Assembly: GCA_029717555.1 (NCBI GenBank)
Contig: JAMDHS010000002.1
Coordinates: forward strand, 372,001-436,000
Direction: 5' to 3'
DNA: 64,000 nucleotides
Source of the DNA: Peribolospora baueri
Lineage: Eukaryota
Both the position numbers and the translations under genes were made by a program. Positions 12,057-25,114 of this stretch are shown here, in pieces. Below the pieces are notes generated by a model that was given only the letters and a program-made list of their open reading frames with translations, did no database searches and was not told the origin of the DNA. Position 1 is the first letter of the stretch. Each line of letters begins with the position of its first letter.

Positions 12057-13815
12057 ATGTTTTCCGAACGAGGTGAGTGCGAGCAGATGTCGTCGCAGCC
12101 ATTGAAGGCACAGAGGTGGATCGTCTGGGACGCCAAGAAGGAACGGCGGGGCAAAGCGTCGAGAAGCCGTCGCTCACTCTTCCAGGTGCCTTGCTCGCCT
12201 CCCGCCCGCCCTCTCTTCCCTTCCGTCCTCCCACCCCACTCTCTACACCCTTCTGCGCTGAACGCCTATGCACCGCACAGAACGAGAGCTGGAGTCCGTG
12301 CTCCTTCGTGTTTCCATCCAGTGCGCCAACGCCGTCGCACTCCTCCAACGCTCGCACAAGGAGCTCTCTCCTGCCGTTCGCCATTCCGCCGCCTCCCACA
12401 CTGGGAGGACGGGAACGCAGGGAAGGTCAAACGAGAACGAAGACGAAGACGAAGACGAGGAGGAGGACGGCGGCGGGGCTGAGCGTCCTCGCTTCGACGC
12501 TGTCACGTCCGAAGCGGACGTCAAAGTGGACGCCTCGCTCCCGCTCCTCATCCGTTCGGACCTGCTTTCCCTCGTCGCCAGCGTCCGCGCACACAGCACC
12601 TCTCTCTCCCTCGCCCTGCGCCCTCCCGTCGACGCGAAATCTCACGAGGCCGCATCAGGAACGCTGGTCAAGCTCGAGGATGCATGTCAAAAGCTCGCGT
12701 TCTGTGCTCGCAAGGCGGGAGCGGGGGAGGCGGAGAGAGGTGTGTGTGGGCGGACGTGGGCGAGGGAGGTGGCGTGGGCGGGGGAGGAGGTGTTAGGCGG
12801 TGTCAGGACGCTGTGCGAAGCGCTCATGGGGCTCTCGAGGTTACCTCCCCTCACCGCCTCTTCGTTCTCCTCCTCCGCTACCTTTCCTTCCTCGGAAGCA
12901 CCAGCACAAACGGCGCACGCGCGAGCGCTCCTCCAACGGTTGCACCAAAGCCACCAAGCAGGCCAGTCCGGCTCGGCCAGCGCCACGGCGGCGAGGACGG
13001 CGACGCTGCAGCAAACGGGGGCCGTGTGGGCGGCGTGTGACAGGGTGAAGGAACGTCTGCCGAAGGACAACCAGGTGGCGGTGATAAAGGCATGGAAGGA
13101 GCGGGGGGCGACGATTGAGGACGGCTTGGAGGAGCTGGAGGCCATGGGAGAGGGGGAGGAGGAGGAGGAGGAGGAAGAAGAAGAAGACGCCTCCGGAGAC
13201 GACTTTGACGACATTTTCGGTGCCACGTCCAAGCTTTCGCCACCGGAACGAGAACGGGTGCGCAAGCTGGTACCGCTGGTGAGGATGGGTAGATTGCTGC
13301 ACGCCAAGGTGCAGTCGGCGAGGCTTCCCCTCTTGTCCCTCCTCCTTCCCGCCGACGTCGACGCCGCTTCCTCCTCCTCATCATCTACGGGCCGAGACCT
13401 GGCGATGATAGCCAAGGCGAAGACGGCGGGACTAGACGCGCTGAACGACCTCGGCAAGGCGCTTGCGGAGGCGCAAGACGACCTCGTCTCGGCGTGCTAC
13501 GCGCCACAGGACGTGGAGAACGTGCGTGTGACGGCAGAGGCGTACGCCGACAGGGCCGCCGAGCTCGCCGCCGCTGCGAGGTCTCCCGACCCTTCGGCGG
13601 CGGCGGCAGCGGCGGCAGCGGCAGCGGCGGCGGCTGTCGGGATGGGAAGCGAGGGGGCCGTGGACGACTTGGCGATACGACTCGGGGGCGCGAGGTTAGG
13701 GAATGAAGGGGAGGGGGAGGGGAAGGAAGAGGAAAAGGAGGACGAGGCGAGCAAGTACTTCGACCTGTGCGCTCAGCAGATGCTCAAGTTGGCCAGGACC
13801 GCTCGGTCTTTCTAG
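12057..13815 (+). CDS. GCIP (Grap2 and cyclin-D-interacting) domain protein, 2 exons
   Basis: Exon 1 ATG TTT TCC GAA CGA G|gtgagt joins the long ORF at 12281 (ERELESV..). Helical motifs HSTSLSLAL..PP, TGAVWAACD..LPKDN..AV..WK..IEDGLEELE followed by an acidic tract match my recollection of fungal GCIP-family proteins. Confidence 0.7.
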
Positions 13816-14425
13816 GTCGGTTTTCCTTTCTTCCTTCCGTCCGTCCGTCCGTCCATCTGTCTCTCTCTTCATCGGTCGGCCGGTCGGTCGGTCGATCGTA
13901 GAGCGTGGCATTCCAAAAGATCATGACGACGTTTTTGTCTTCGCTCCAATGCGTACATACAGACACAGACAAACCGCAAGCAAGAGATGAGGCGTCTCCA
14001 TGTCACTTTTTCCGTTTCCGTTCCACCGTGAAGAGAGAGGGGTTGAGATGCGTGAAGAGCGAGTTCATCCCGCCTTCCTCTGTACGGGAAAGGAGTGAAA
14101 GGAGGCGAGGAGGGTCAAGTCAGTCGAAGCGCGGGGAGGGGAGAGAGGTGGGCGAGGAGGCGGTGCTGGCGGAGGAGGGGCGAAGGCCAGTGGAGAGTTG
14201 AGCGGGCCGGTCGGAGGAGTACCAGTCCGAACTGCGTGCGAGTCGCGGGAGGGGAGGTGGTTTCGACGGCGACGGAAGGGCAAGGATGGAGACTCACGAA
14301 TGACGCCGTCGCTTCGCTCAGGAGAAATGAGAGCGTTCGCCTGCGCCGCATGAACCAAACTGAACCGAACGAACCGAGCCCAGCCCAGCCCAACCCAACC
14401 AGACGGAATCGAAGCGATCGGGAGC

Positions 14426-14854
14426 TCAGAGAGCGACGGCGAGACCGCCGAGGGCGACGCCGGTGGCGCCGACGGCGAGGGCGACGAGCGCGTGCGCGGA
14501 GCCGGGGCGAAGGGTGCCGGCGGCAGCGTTGGAGGGGGGCTGGGCGCTCGAGGATGCGGAGGAGGAAGCGGTGGGGGAGGAGGAGATGACGGAGGCGACG
14601 CTGGTGGCGGAGGAAGAGGCAGAGGAGGCACTGGCGGAGGAGTGCTCGGACGACGAAGCGGAGGAGGCGCGGGAGGCGGCGCTGGAGGAGATGGACGAGG
14701 CGGCGGATGAGGCGGCGGAGATGGCGCTGGGGATGCTGGAGGGCAAGATGGGGCCGAGAGGCTTGTTGGAGGACGACTGGGCGCCGGCGCTCGAGGCGGC
14801 GGCGAGGAGGGCGAAGGCGGCGAGGGCGGCGAGGGCGTTGGCGTTGGCGAACAT
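14426..14854 (-). CDS. Small GPI-anchored Ser/Ala-rich cell-surface protein (142 aa, single exon)
   Basis: N-terminal signal peptide (ALAALAAFALLAAA), Ser/Ala-rich body, omega-site-like SNAA followed by hydrophobic C-terminus ALVALAVGATGVALGGLAVAL. Confidence 0.85.
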   Translation of the reverse strand: MFANANALAALAAFALLAAASSAGAQSSSNKPLGPILPSSIPSAISAASSAASSISSSAASRASSASSSEHSSASASSASSSATSVASVISSSPTASSSASSSAQPPSNAAAGTLRPGSAHALVALAVGATGVALGGLAVAL

Positions 14855-14951
14855 GGTGACGGACGAGGGCTGGAGCTTGGAGTAGAAGGTAGAGACGACG
14901 GCGGGTGAGAGGAGAAGAGAAGAGAAGCAGGACGTGGGCGTCCGATATTTA

Positions 14952-14957
14952 TTTATA
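14952..14957 (-). promoter_or_regulatory. TATA box (TATAAA) upstream of the GPI protein gene
   Basis: Minus strand reads GGTATAAATAAATAT about 100 nt upstream of ATG 14854, followed by a pyrimidine-rich leader. Confidence 0.55.
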
Positions 14958-15933
14958 CCGCGGCGGTCTGTCTGGTCTGTGGCCCATCTACGTCTGGTCT
15001 ATCTATCTACTACCCATCTATCTATCCAACTATCCTAACTAACAATTATCCGACTATCCATCCATCCATCTACTTTCATCGCCTTGATACATCCATACAC
15101 TGCCACCATGCGCATCACTTGACTTGCCCCGATGCTCCCGACCAACGTGGCCGGGCCGCCGGCCGTGCTCAGACGGCGCGGGGTAATCGTGATCGGCGGC
15201 GGCGGTGGTCATCGTCGGCGGAGGCGGCGGGCCCCACTTCGGCCGCGGCAGGAGCGGCGGAAGAGCATGGCGGTGGGGGCGAGTGGAGCGAGGGCCGGCG
15301 GCGGCGGCGAACGATAGCGTTGGAAGGAAGGCGTCGTTTGGCCGTCTTATTAGCCGCTCGCTTTGGTCCGACACTTGGCTACTTTTGCGTCATCGCGCCC
15401 GGCCAGCTTTTTAAGCTAGCCAAGTATGGTAGACGAGCGGGAAAAAACCTGGATCACGTGCCTGCATGTCCATGTCCGCCCCATGTCTGAGTCCTCGGCG
15501 AACGATCGCCCGCTCCACGACGTCTCGCGCGCTCCATCCGCTTCGAATTCCATCTCCAAACAAGAAACAAGGGGAGTCGCGGGGTAAAAGAATACGAGGG
15601 GAGGAAAGGACAAGACAAGACAAGACAGGGGACGAAGGAACTAAGAGACGAACCGACGAACCGACAACACTAGATACACATATGCAGGCGAAAAAGATCT
15701 GGTTTCCGTGACGAATCAGAACCCATCCGTGACTCGGTAACGCGGGGAAGCGTTGCGCCGCCCCGCGCCGGCCAAGGAGGTAAAAGGGGAGAGGGGGAGG
15801 GGAGGAGGAGAGGAAGGGGAGAGTGAACAGTCGGGCCATCGTCCTCGGTAGAACACAGGGGTTGTCGCTCCGACTCCGTCCTGGGAACGACGAATGGGCG
15901 GACGGAGGACGAGACGCGACGGCGAGACGCCGC

Positions 15934-17066
15934 TCAGAAAGCCATAGCGGCCGCGGCGGCGAGCGCACCGGCGGCCATGACGGCGCAGCCAGCGTTGCTC
16001 AACGACGATGAGGCGGCCGCCGCGTTGCTCGACTTGCTCTTCTGCGCCGTGGACGACGACGACCCGCTGCCGCTGCTCGTTCCCGGCGCGACGGTGGCCG
16101 TGGACAGCGACTCATGCGCCAGGCTGACCGAGCTGAACTGCGCCGCCGTGCTGGTGCCGCCGATGCCGGCCGAGGTGGAGGACGCAGTGACGTTGTTGAT
16201 CTGGTTCCAGGTCGTCTGGTTGAACGTGCCAGTCATCCGCTGCAAGCTAGGTAAGTCGATCGAAGACAAGCCAGGAAGGTCAGCACGCCGTCGCTGCATA
16301 AGCACCCCATCGCCCACCTCGTCCGCCCCAATGATGCTCACGCAAACTTGGCCGAGAAAGCCTCCAAGGGCGCGTTCGGGTTGGACGGGTCCTTGTTCGC
16401 ACCGGTGTAGCGGATGAAGCTGCGGGCGGGAGACCCAGGGCCGACCCATGTCAGTCATTGAGGTCGGCGGACGTATGGTCACGTGGCTACGTGCGAAGGA
16501 ACGGCCTCGTCGCCGGCAATGACACTCACTAGTATAGACCGGACGGGCCCACCGAAGGGTTGATGTGGTAGTTCCCAGACGTGGTCGACGGGGCGACGTT
16601 GGTGGCCAGGTTCTGCAGCCAAGTCTGCGCGTTGTGGCCGCCCGTGTAGAGGTCGATGGAGAAGGGGCCAAAGGAAGAGATGAGTGGGGCCGTGTTGTCC
16701 TCGTGCCACGAGACGAGGAGGTTCTGCCCGCCTTGGCCGACGGTCGAGCTGCGACGGAATGCGAAGGCGAGATGGGAGGGTAAGCAACAAGTCGGTGCGC
16801 GGAAATGCTCACAGAGGCTGATGCCGGACGCGTCCTGCGCTCGACCTCCTGTTTGCGTGCCTGCCCTTCTCTCCTCCTCCAGTACGCGTCATCTCCTCCT
16901 CCACTCAAAACGCGACGCCGCCCAGGCCTCAAGAAAGGCCGGATGCGGGGCTGATACGGTACACTCACCCGATGGGGCTGGTGGTCGAGATGGTGGCCTG
17001 GGAGGGGCTGGCCACCATGAGGCCGGCGAGAGCGAGGGCAGAGAGACCGGCGAAGGAGGAGCGCAT
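15934..17066 (-). CDS. GPI-anchored Ser/Thr-rich protein with Kre9/Knh1-like N-terminal Ig-like domain (multi-exon)
   Basis: Signal peptide MRSSFAGLSALALAGLMVASPSQA, then TISTTSPI..GQNLLVSWHED..FGPFSIDLYTGG..QTWLQNLA..INPSVGP..YFIRY..FSAKF, Ser/Thr linker and SNAA + hydrophobic tail. Confidence 0.85.
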
Positions 17067-18304
17067 CTTTGGTGAGTCTGGACTGGCTCGTGGGTGGGAA
17101 GTGGGGCAATGTACGTAATGGACGAGGGGCGAGGAAGGAGAGTGGTGCTGTAAAGAGCGTGTGTGCTTGCGAGAGAGTGTGGAGCGAGTCGACACTGAGT
17201 GCGACGTGGGGGGAAGAGCGGAGAGAAGGAGGAGGTGAAAAGGAAAGAAGGGGCGGTGGTGGTGGTAGTCAAGGACGAGGTGAGGAGGCCGACGAGGCAG
17301 AAAATCGCAAACCGGTCTCCTACTGCGCTCCTCGCCCGTGCCGGGGCCGGAGCTGAGGGGCCAGCAGGAGGCATTCCCGTCGCCGCAGCTGCCGCAGTCG
17401 CCGGTGGAGACCTTGGCCGCGCTTGAAATGGCCACTGGCTTGACTGCGGTATCAGCTGCGGCAGCTTGGCGATCGGGGTTTTATTCGGCTAGAAGGATCG
17501 GCGAAGCTATAATACAGCGGGTGCAATACAGTCCATATACCGCGCCTTACTATCACGTATTACAACCCTCTATTCCGACACGCCGCGGGCCTTGACGGCC
17601 TCGACTCCTTCCGCCCGCTCCTCTCTCGCAAGAGCCTCCGCACCTCTGTACCACCTTGTGCACATCTTCTCCGCAAGCAATCAGTCAACGCAGAACGTTG
17701 GCGGCCCTGGTCTGGCCCCAACAGTCGGGAAGCTCCCCTGCTACTTGCTCTAGTTATGGGACGAGACAAAACGCCTGAGCAAGAGACTGGGAATGCTTGC
17801 GTCGATTCAGTCCGATGAGGAACGTGAGATGAACGTAGTCTTTTTCTCTTCCGCTCCATCCTCCTATTCTTCTGTGTTCCTGCAGGTCCCCAAGCAAGAC
17901 GCGTATTGCCGAAGCGAGCGCCTGACGCTCCCGTCCCGTCGGACAGCGCTCGGTACGTCTCGGAATAGCGATACGGACGGCCAGTCGCACTCGACCGTTC
18001 GGCTTGGGCATTTCACTTCGGCAGACGGAAGCACCGAGGTCCGATCGACGACAATCCGCACCATCACTTACGCTCGATCTTGATCGCCGCTTACGTACGC
18101 TCGTGACGACGTGACGCCTTAAAATAAACGCCCAAGTCATCTCCACCGTCCGCGCGTCGGCTCTAACCGACTTCCAGTGCTGCAGGCAACTCGGCCTCGA
18201 ACCCGCTTCCCAAGATCGCTTTGGATGAAGGAAAGGGGTTGAGACATGAACGTCAAGGCTGACCGGTGACGGACCTCGCCGCTACGTGCTCCGCCCGGAC
18301 CACC

Positions 18305-18676
18305 ATGCCGGCCAGGACTAACCTCCGCCCCACCACTCTTGCCGCCCGGAAGGACAAGGGGCCCTCGCCGATGGGTCGTTCGACGACGAGGTCAAGGCAC
18401 GCGTCGTTGGGCGACGTCGTGAACGGAGGCGCACAGGAGGAGAAGAGGACGATGGTCGGGAAGAGGGACGTCGGAGCGGGGGAGGGGCGGGGGAGCCGCG
18501 AATATATGGAGGAGAAAGGAAGAGGGGAAGAGCCTGCACGGAAGAAGACCAAGACGATGGAAGATGAGGCCGAGAGGAAGGAAGACGAGATGGCGAGCGA
18601 GCCGATATGGATGATCCGTTTGTCTGGGACGAATCGACTGACTTCATCAAGCCCGTCGCTTCGAGCCAAGGTGTGA
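18305..18676 (+). CDS. Hypothetical small charged protein (~123 aa)
   Basis: Strong start context (accATG) and a charged ORF MPARTNLRPTT..SLRAKV*, followed by an AT-rich terminator-like region. No recognised domain. Confidence 0.35.
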   Translation: MPARTNLRPTTLAARKDKGPSPMGRSTTRSRHASLGDVVNGGAQEEKRTMVGKRDVGAGEGRGSREYMEEKGRGEEPARKKTKTMEDEAERKEDEMASEPIWMIRLSGTNRLTSSSPSLRAKV

Positions 18677-19977
18677 CGTCCTGGGTTACGAAGAGACTTG
18701 AGATACACACATTCTCGTACTGAGCGGCATGGCATGGAGGGAAGGCAGACGGAAGGCTGAGAATACGGCTGCTAACGCTTTCGTTGGCCGTTTGTAAGAG
18801 GGCGAGAGAAATAAGAAGGAGAGAAGGAGACGGCTCGGTCAGTGCGCTGCCGAAAGATATTCGGTCGGGCGCGAGGGACTCGAAGGTGCGGCACGGGCGC
18901 CGTGGGTTTCCTAATATAACCTGGAGGCGGAGGGGCGGATGCCGAGCGAGGTCTGCACGTCTCCGAAGCCGCCTTCAATAAAAAGAGCAATGTAATACAT
19001 AATAAGACTTCTAATGCATGTCACCCAATTATATTCAGATTTATATTGAGCTTTATATATTAACTCTGAGAAATACTTCGCTGCAAGTTAACTTCATAAT
19101 ATGCGTCGGTCCGCGCGACGAAGTCTTTCTTGCAATTTCACCCGGTTATCTTATACTATTCGTTCTTCTTTCTCGTCTCCCATGGCGGAGAAGGAAGGCG
19201 AAGGGTGAGAGAGGGAGTAGACCAGAGGGCGTCTAGAGAGGAGGAAGGTCGGCGATGCGGAGCATCAGCACGTAGTGTCCCCTGCCGGCCGGCCGCACCG
19301 GGCCTTGGACGCGTTCGCCTGAGGCGACGGAGGAGGAGCAGGAAAGGGAAAGCGTCGGAGAGAGAGACCCGACGAGGGGTGAGCGCACGGACGACGGGAT
19401 TCGGTACGCGAGCGAGATAGGTCTGTGTGAACGAACGGCGTCGGCTTGGGCGAAGGGGCAAGTCAGTGAAGACGTGCTCACTGGCCACTCTCGAAAGCCT
19501 CCACAAGACGGGAGGTACTGCTTGTATTCTCAAGATGAGAACAGGTGAGAAGAGGACCTTACTGGTGTAAACGCGAGCGAGCGAAGCTATCATAGCAACA
19601 ACATGTGGGGAGGCGGTCCGAGAAAGGAAATGAAAAGAGGGATGAGTACAGGCGTCGGGTAGACTGGGTGATGAATGCGAGCAGGAATGGAAAGGAGAAG
19701 GACAAACAGATGCAGGACGAGGGTCATGGGATAGAGGGCAGAATAGAAAAAAAAAAAACTTTTGGATGAGTGCGCCGGGCGTGGAAGCAAATGGAGCGAC
19801 AAGAGCCTACAAGGTCGGCCTGATAAAGAAGAAGACGAAGAAGCGCGCGAGGGGGGACATGTGCAAACGGTGCACGGGCAAACGAATGAACGCTCATCCC
19901 AAATTCCTTACCTCTTCCCCTCGGTCGGGTAAAAGCAAGCGGGGAAGAGAGCAAGGAGGTCTCAATCGGCCATACCA

Positions 19978-22900
19978 TTAATCGCCCTCTCCGGTAGTGG
20001 TCACACTCGCAGCCTTTTCGTCACCACCAGCTCTCAACGAGAGCCCGGCCAGAGCGGCTGCGGTCGAGGCGCTCATGGCCCCCGCCCCGCCGCCGCCTCC
20101 GAAGCGCTCTTGGAAATGGATGAGCTCGCGGGTAAGCTCGTCCATCATTCTCATGCTCAGAGGCACGTCGTCGTCGACGTCGTCTTGTGGTGGTTCTGGT
20201 TCTTGTTGCGCTTGGGCAGGGTCAGAGGAGCCCTGAGGTGTGGCGGAGATTGAGTCGGCCGTGTCAGCGCTGCTGGTTGGTAAAGTGGGGCCATCGGGAA
20301 GCTTCGGGGCGTCCGATGTTGATGTTGGCCCTCCAGTAGCGGTAACAGCAGTCGGCTCGACAGGAAGGACGGCCCCGTTGGCACCATTGGTCTTACTAGT
20401 GAAGTCACCGCTTGTTCCGTTCAAAACAGGGGTGGCCGTGGGGGCGCCGGTGGGATTGGTTGCGATAGCTGTTTCGGAATCTCCCTCCGCGCCCGTCATC
20501 GCCGGTAGCTTGATGTCTGGCGTTGGGCCATCGCTCTCGCCGTTCGCGTCAATGGTAGACGGAACATCGACTTCCATCGGGTGCGCATCCACAAGAGCTC
20601 CACCTTCCTTGCCCTCAGAACTGTCGGCGCTATTTTCCTTGACAGGTGTGTCGCTCGTCCTGACTCGATCCTCGTTTTCGCTTTCCCCACCTCCTGCCGC
20701 CGTCGTCACCGATGGCGAAGGAACGCCTCCCGTACCGCCGACGCGGATGCCCAGTGCTTTGAGCCTCTTGCTCCTCTCGACGGCCTCGACTTGCGTGCGT
20801 GTAACATACTCCAACACGTTGCGAACGCGCTTCCTCATCTCCGGTAACGTCACCCTCTTTCCGGGGAACCTTATCCGCGTGCATGGCTCGTTGATTACCA
20901 CCCTGGTGGAACCTTCTCCAGAAGACGAGCCTCCGCCGCGACCGACGAGCCGCCATTCCCCTTGAGGATCCTTGTTGCCGTTGGGAGAAGGCAGACAAAT
21001 CGTCAGTGGCGTTGGTTGCGGCGCGGGCAACAGGTGCGACAGATGGGATAGGTGGTCGGGTAAGCCCCATCCCATGCCCAAACCCGGTCCGATGCCTACA
21101 CCACCCGCACCGCGCCCTCCTTCGCCGGACGCTGGAGTGCCCATGCGGCTGTTGGCGTCTCCTGCGCGTCGGCGCGTCTGGTGATCATGCATCGGTGCGC
21201 GCTCCGAAGGCGCAGCGGAGGAGCGAGACTTGGATGGGGAGGAGAGACCATTGGCCAGCGCTTTGTTCTGGTTGCGGTACGTGTATTGGTTGGGATGTTT
21301 GGGCTTGACGTGAGCCGCCGATGTGCTAGAGTCGCCTCCGGTAGACGCCGGTACAGCCGCCTTGCGCTTCTTGCCCCTGGCGGCCGTCGATCTCGACGGC
21401 GCTGCGCTCGAACTTTCCTCCTCCGCATCTTTTCCCTTTTCGCCGTCGGACTCTTCTGGCGCTTCTTCGATAGCTTCCCCCTTGCCTTTGCCATGTGTCT
21501 CTTTGCCGCCAGGATGCTGACCCACGGAGACGTTAAAGCCGCTGGCGCTGCCTGCGCTCATGCGTCGACGCTTGACATGTTCTGCGGGGAAGTATACTAC
21601 CTCGGCGCTTAGTGGCGGCGATGTAGCCTCAGGAGATTGTCTGTGAGCGAGGAGGGAGAGAATCGACAGGGAGGCAGATGGGTGAGTGGATGCGCTAAAT
21701 TCAGGAGAGCGAGGAGAGACCGACCACTCACTCTGCTTCTTCGCCCTCCCTCCTTCCTCTCTTTCTCTTCCGCGCTTGCATCTCCTCATCCGCCTCTTCA
21801 CCCTCCTCCTTGACTGTGGGATCATCTCCTTCCTCCTTATACCTCCCCCTCTCCTTCCTCTCCTCCTCCTCCATCTCCCTCAGTATCTCCGGAGGTAACG
21901 TCTCCCAGTGACCCGCATCATAAGCCGCGTCGCGCGAGTTCATCGTACTCCGCCTCTTCGGACTCTTCGGAGGCTTGTTGGGGGCGTCATCCTCCCGAGA
22001 AGCAGAGCGTTGTCGGGAGAAGTGCAGATCTCGTGGGGACGATTTGCTGCCGGACGCTTTCCGGTCGCCGGCGCGGGTCGTGTAAGAAGCTGCCTCGGAG
22101 GCACCACCGCTTGGCCGACGCTGACGGGAGGCAGCCTGGTGAGCGGCGGCGGACGCAGCTGCTAGAGCCTCACGCTCCCGAGCCTTCGTGTACTGATTCG
22201 GACGTTTCCGATGGGTGGACCTGCGTGGTGGAGAGAGTACAAAACGACGTAGGGGGAAAGTTGTACGCAAAATTGATGGAGAGATAGTTTTCAGTATCCA
22301 CGCAGTTTCAGAGGGCAAGAGCCAAGAAGTGCTCTTTGAGCCACGTTCTAAAGCCTACGCACCTTCCTAGTGCCCTAAGAAGCTCCCTATGGAGGTCGGG
22401 TCGGCATAACTCGCAGTAGTACGTATCGGGACAGTCCTCTTCGCTGGGCATGCCCATGCAGATGCCATGCTGCCAGCACTTGCAGGTCTCGCACTGGACC
22501 ATATAGCCGAGCGACTCTTCGTCTGTAGCGTGATTGACGACAAAAATGCAAGCGATGAGCAGTCCATACACTATCAACAACCCGTTGATCTGGACGAGAC
22601 CTGAACCGAACAAGGCAGCAATGCGCTCTCGACGGCCAGAGAGAAACGGCAACTCACCCATCGACCCGCAAATACATCTCGTAACGCCCTGATCGTCCTC
22701 CTCGTCCTCATCGACAACCACTCTCTGGTCGTTCTGCATTCCCTCCAAGCCGAGCGCTCCCGCGCCGTCTTCCTCTTCCTCTTCCGCCTCGCTCTGAACG
22801 TGCGATGCGCCGGACGCTACCAGTCCCTTGCTAGCAGAGGAGCGCTTGGGTCGAGCGTGGAAGTCCTCTTCACCGTCTTCATCCTCCGCCCCCTCCGCAT

Positions 22901-23180
22901 CGTCCATCTCCTCGTCGCTGCCTTCCTCGCCCTTCTGACGGCCATTGCCAGACGCGGAAGACTTGCGCGTCGACGTCGGCGCGCGCCCGTTGGCGGATCG
23001 GGAGGCGCTCTGGCTGCGATTGCGGGACGAGGAGGAGGAAGAGGCGTCTGATGCAGGATGTCGAGCGGTTGACGTCATCGTCGAGGGTAGACCGATGGTG
23101 GAACGTGATGGGGAAGGGGAGGGCTGCGTGGATGTCGAGCCTGGGGCTCGAGAACGGGCGGATCGACGGGGAGCTGACAT
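19978..23180 (-). CDS. CTI6: PHD-finger protein, Cti6-like (Rpd3L-associated), multi-exon
   Basis: PHD finger VTRCICG..YMVQCETCKCWQHGICMG..YYCELC, motif KRRSTMNSRDAAYD, PNQYT motifs, and C-terminal TLPEMRKRV..LEYVTRTQVE and MMDELTRELIHFQERFG. Confidence 0.8.
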
Positions 23181-23738
23181 GGTCGGAGGGGCGCCCGTCG
23201 AGCGGTGTCGAGGGAATGGAGACCGCAAAGAGAGCGAGAGCAGCCAACTAGAGAAGGAATTCGGGTACGATATGCGTCTCTGTCAGGGACGGTGGGAGGA
23301 AGAGGATGGCGGGGAGCTGGGTAGAAGGTGATGCCGGGGGAAGAGGAGGCGCGGGGGGGCGGCGGCAGGCCCAGGAAGCGAGTCGGTGTCTAGCGCGTCA
23401 AGCACGCAGGGAAAATTTACAGGGAAAAGAAGGGGAGTATGGCGGTGGGAGGGAGAGGGGAGGAGGGGGGATGGTGAGGATGGAGGGAGGGGGAAGGAAG
23501 TGCTCGAGGTCGACTCAGCGACTCCATTGCCTTGCTCGCCTTCCCTCCACCGACTTCCCGCAATCGCCGCTCGTCCGCGTCCATCCCAGACGCCTGCGGC
23601 AGTCACGTGATCCTGCTGCGGCCCGGCGGCTGCGGCTGCGTGCCGATAACCTGGCGCCAGGTCTGATCGGCTGATATGAATGACATCGCCGCATCGCCTC
23701 GAGACGAGACGAGACGCGAATCAACTGGAGCGGCAGTC

Positions 23739-25114
23739 ATGGTGGGCGGCAAGGTGCGACTAGCCGTCGTCCAATTCGACCCTGTCCCTAACGACCCCCT
23801 GGTCAATTTGGCCAAGGCGCGTGCCTTTGTCCGTCAAGCGGCGCAGCGCTCGTTCGACCTGGTCGTATTCCCAGAGTACTTCCTGCACAGCGTCTTGCCG
23901 CACGACAAGGCGCATGAAATCATCGGTGGGGAGGCAAGGAGATGGTTGGATGATCTGAGGGAGATGGCCAGGGAGGAGGGAATTGACGTTGTTACCGGCA
24001 CCGTCGTCGAGAAGGGGGAGGCGGCGTCGGTAGGCGATCCGAACAAGATCCACGGCGTGCACGTGTCGAGGCTGGACGAGGGCGGGCTGGAGGACGAGAA
24101 GGACGTCACGGAACAAAGGCTGACGTCTATCTCGACGGAGCCCACCCACCCCTTCCCGCTCCTCAATAATGCCTACTACATCTCTCACACGGGCGAGGTC
24201 ATCGGAAGCTACACCAAGAAGGTGACCCAGCTGATTTCGTCCCTCTTCTCTAGGTCGATCGTGTTCACGGGCGTGCGAGGCCACAACGACTCAGTGTGCA
24301 TTTCTTTCTTCTCGTCTTGTCCTTGCATTTGCCCTCCACTCACCGAACAGAACCTCTGGCACCCCGAACGCGCTTATCTGACCCCCGGCGTACACCCTCA
24401 TCTGGTCTTCGACGTCGTCTCTCCTCGTACAAAGACCGCATTCAGAGCCGGTCTTCTCGTCTGCTGGGACCTTGCCTTTCCTGAGATGTTCAGGGAACTG
24501 GTCGCCCAGGATGTTGGTGCGCTCACCCGATCCATCCCTTCTTTCCCTTTCTGGCTCGCTCAACGACCCGGTTCGTTCCAAACTCATCCTCCTTCCTATG
24601 TCACTTCCTCAGACATAATCCTGATCCCAACATGCTGGTACGCGACGGACGCGACGCCCCTCGGCCTTGCCCACAACCCCAAATCGGAGACCGTCTTCCT
24701 CGACAATATGGTCGTGGCCCGAGCGTACGAGAATGAGGCTTGCGTGGTGATGTGCAACGTTGGAGGTCCCGGACCTAAGTCTGGTGCTTCTCCTTCCTCT
24801 GGAGCGGAGAGCGAAGCGATCGGACGGAGCGCGGTGGCTATGCCTTTCCTGGGGCCCGTGGTGAGAGCCGAAGGCCCGGAGGAGCAGGTACTTTGGGCAG
24901 AGGTTGATCTGCGCGTGGTTGAGGTGAGCTGTGGCGGTTGGGCGAAATTACTCTACGACCCGGCTCCTAACGAATCTTACCTATCTGCCTTGTCGTTTTG
25001 GTACCGCTTTCCACTCACAATCTATCCCCACTTGGCTTGGTCACTCAGGATGCGCGGAATGTGTACAAGGTGCGCGAAGATCTGCGTCTGCGAACGACAG
25101 CAACGACGGCGTAA
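23739..25114 (+). CDS. Carbon-nitrogen hydrolase (nitrilase family), multi-exon; alternative in-frame ATG at 23676
   Basis: VRLAVVQF, catalytic triad motifs LVVFPEY (E), YTKKNLWHPER (K) and LLVCWDLAFPE (C), ARAYEN. Last exon DARNVYKVREDL..*. Confidence 0.92.
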
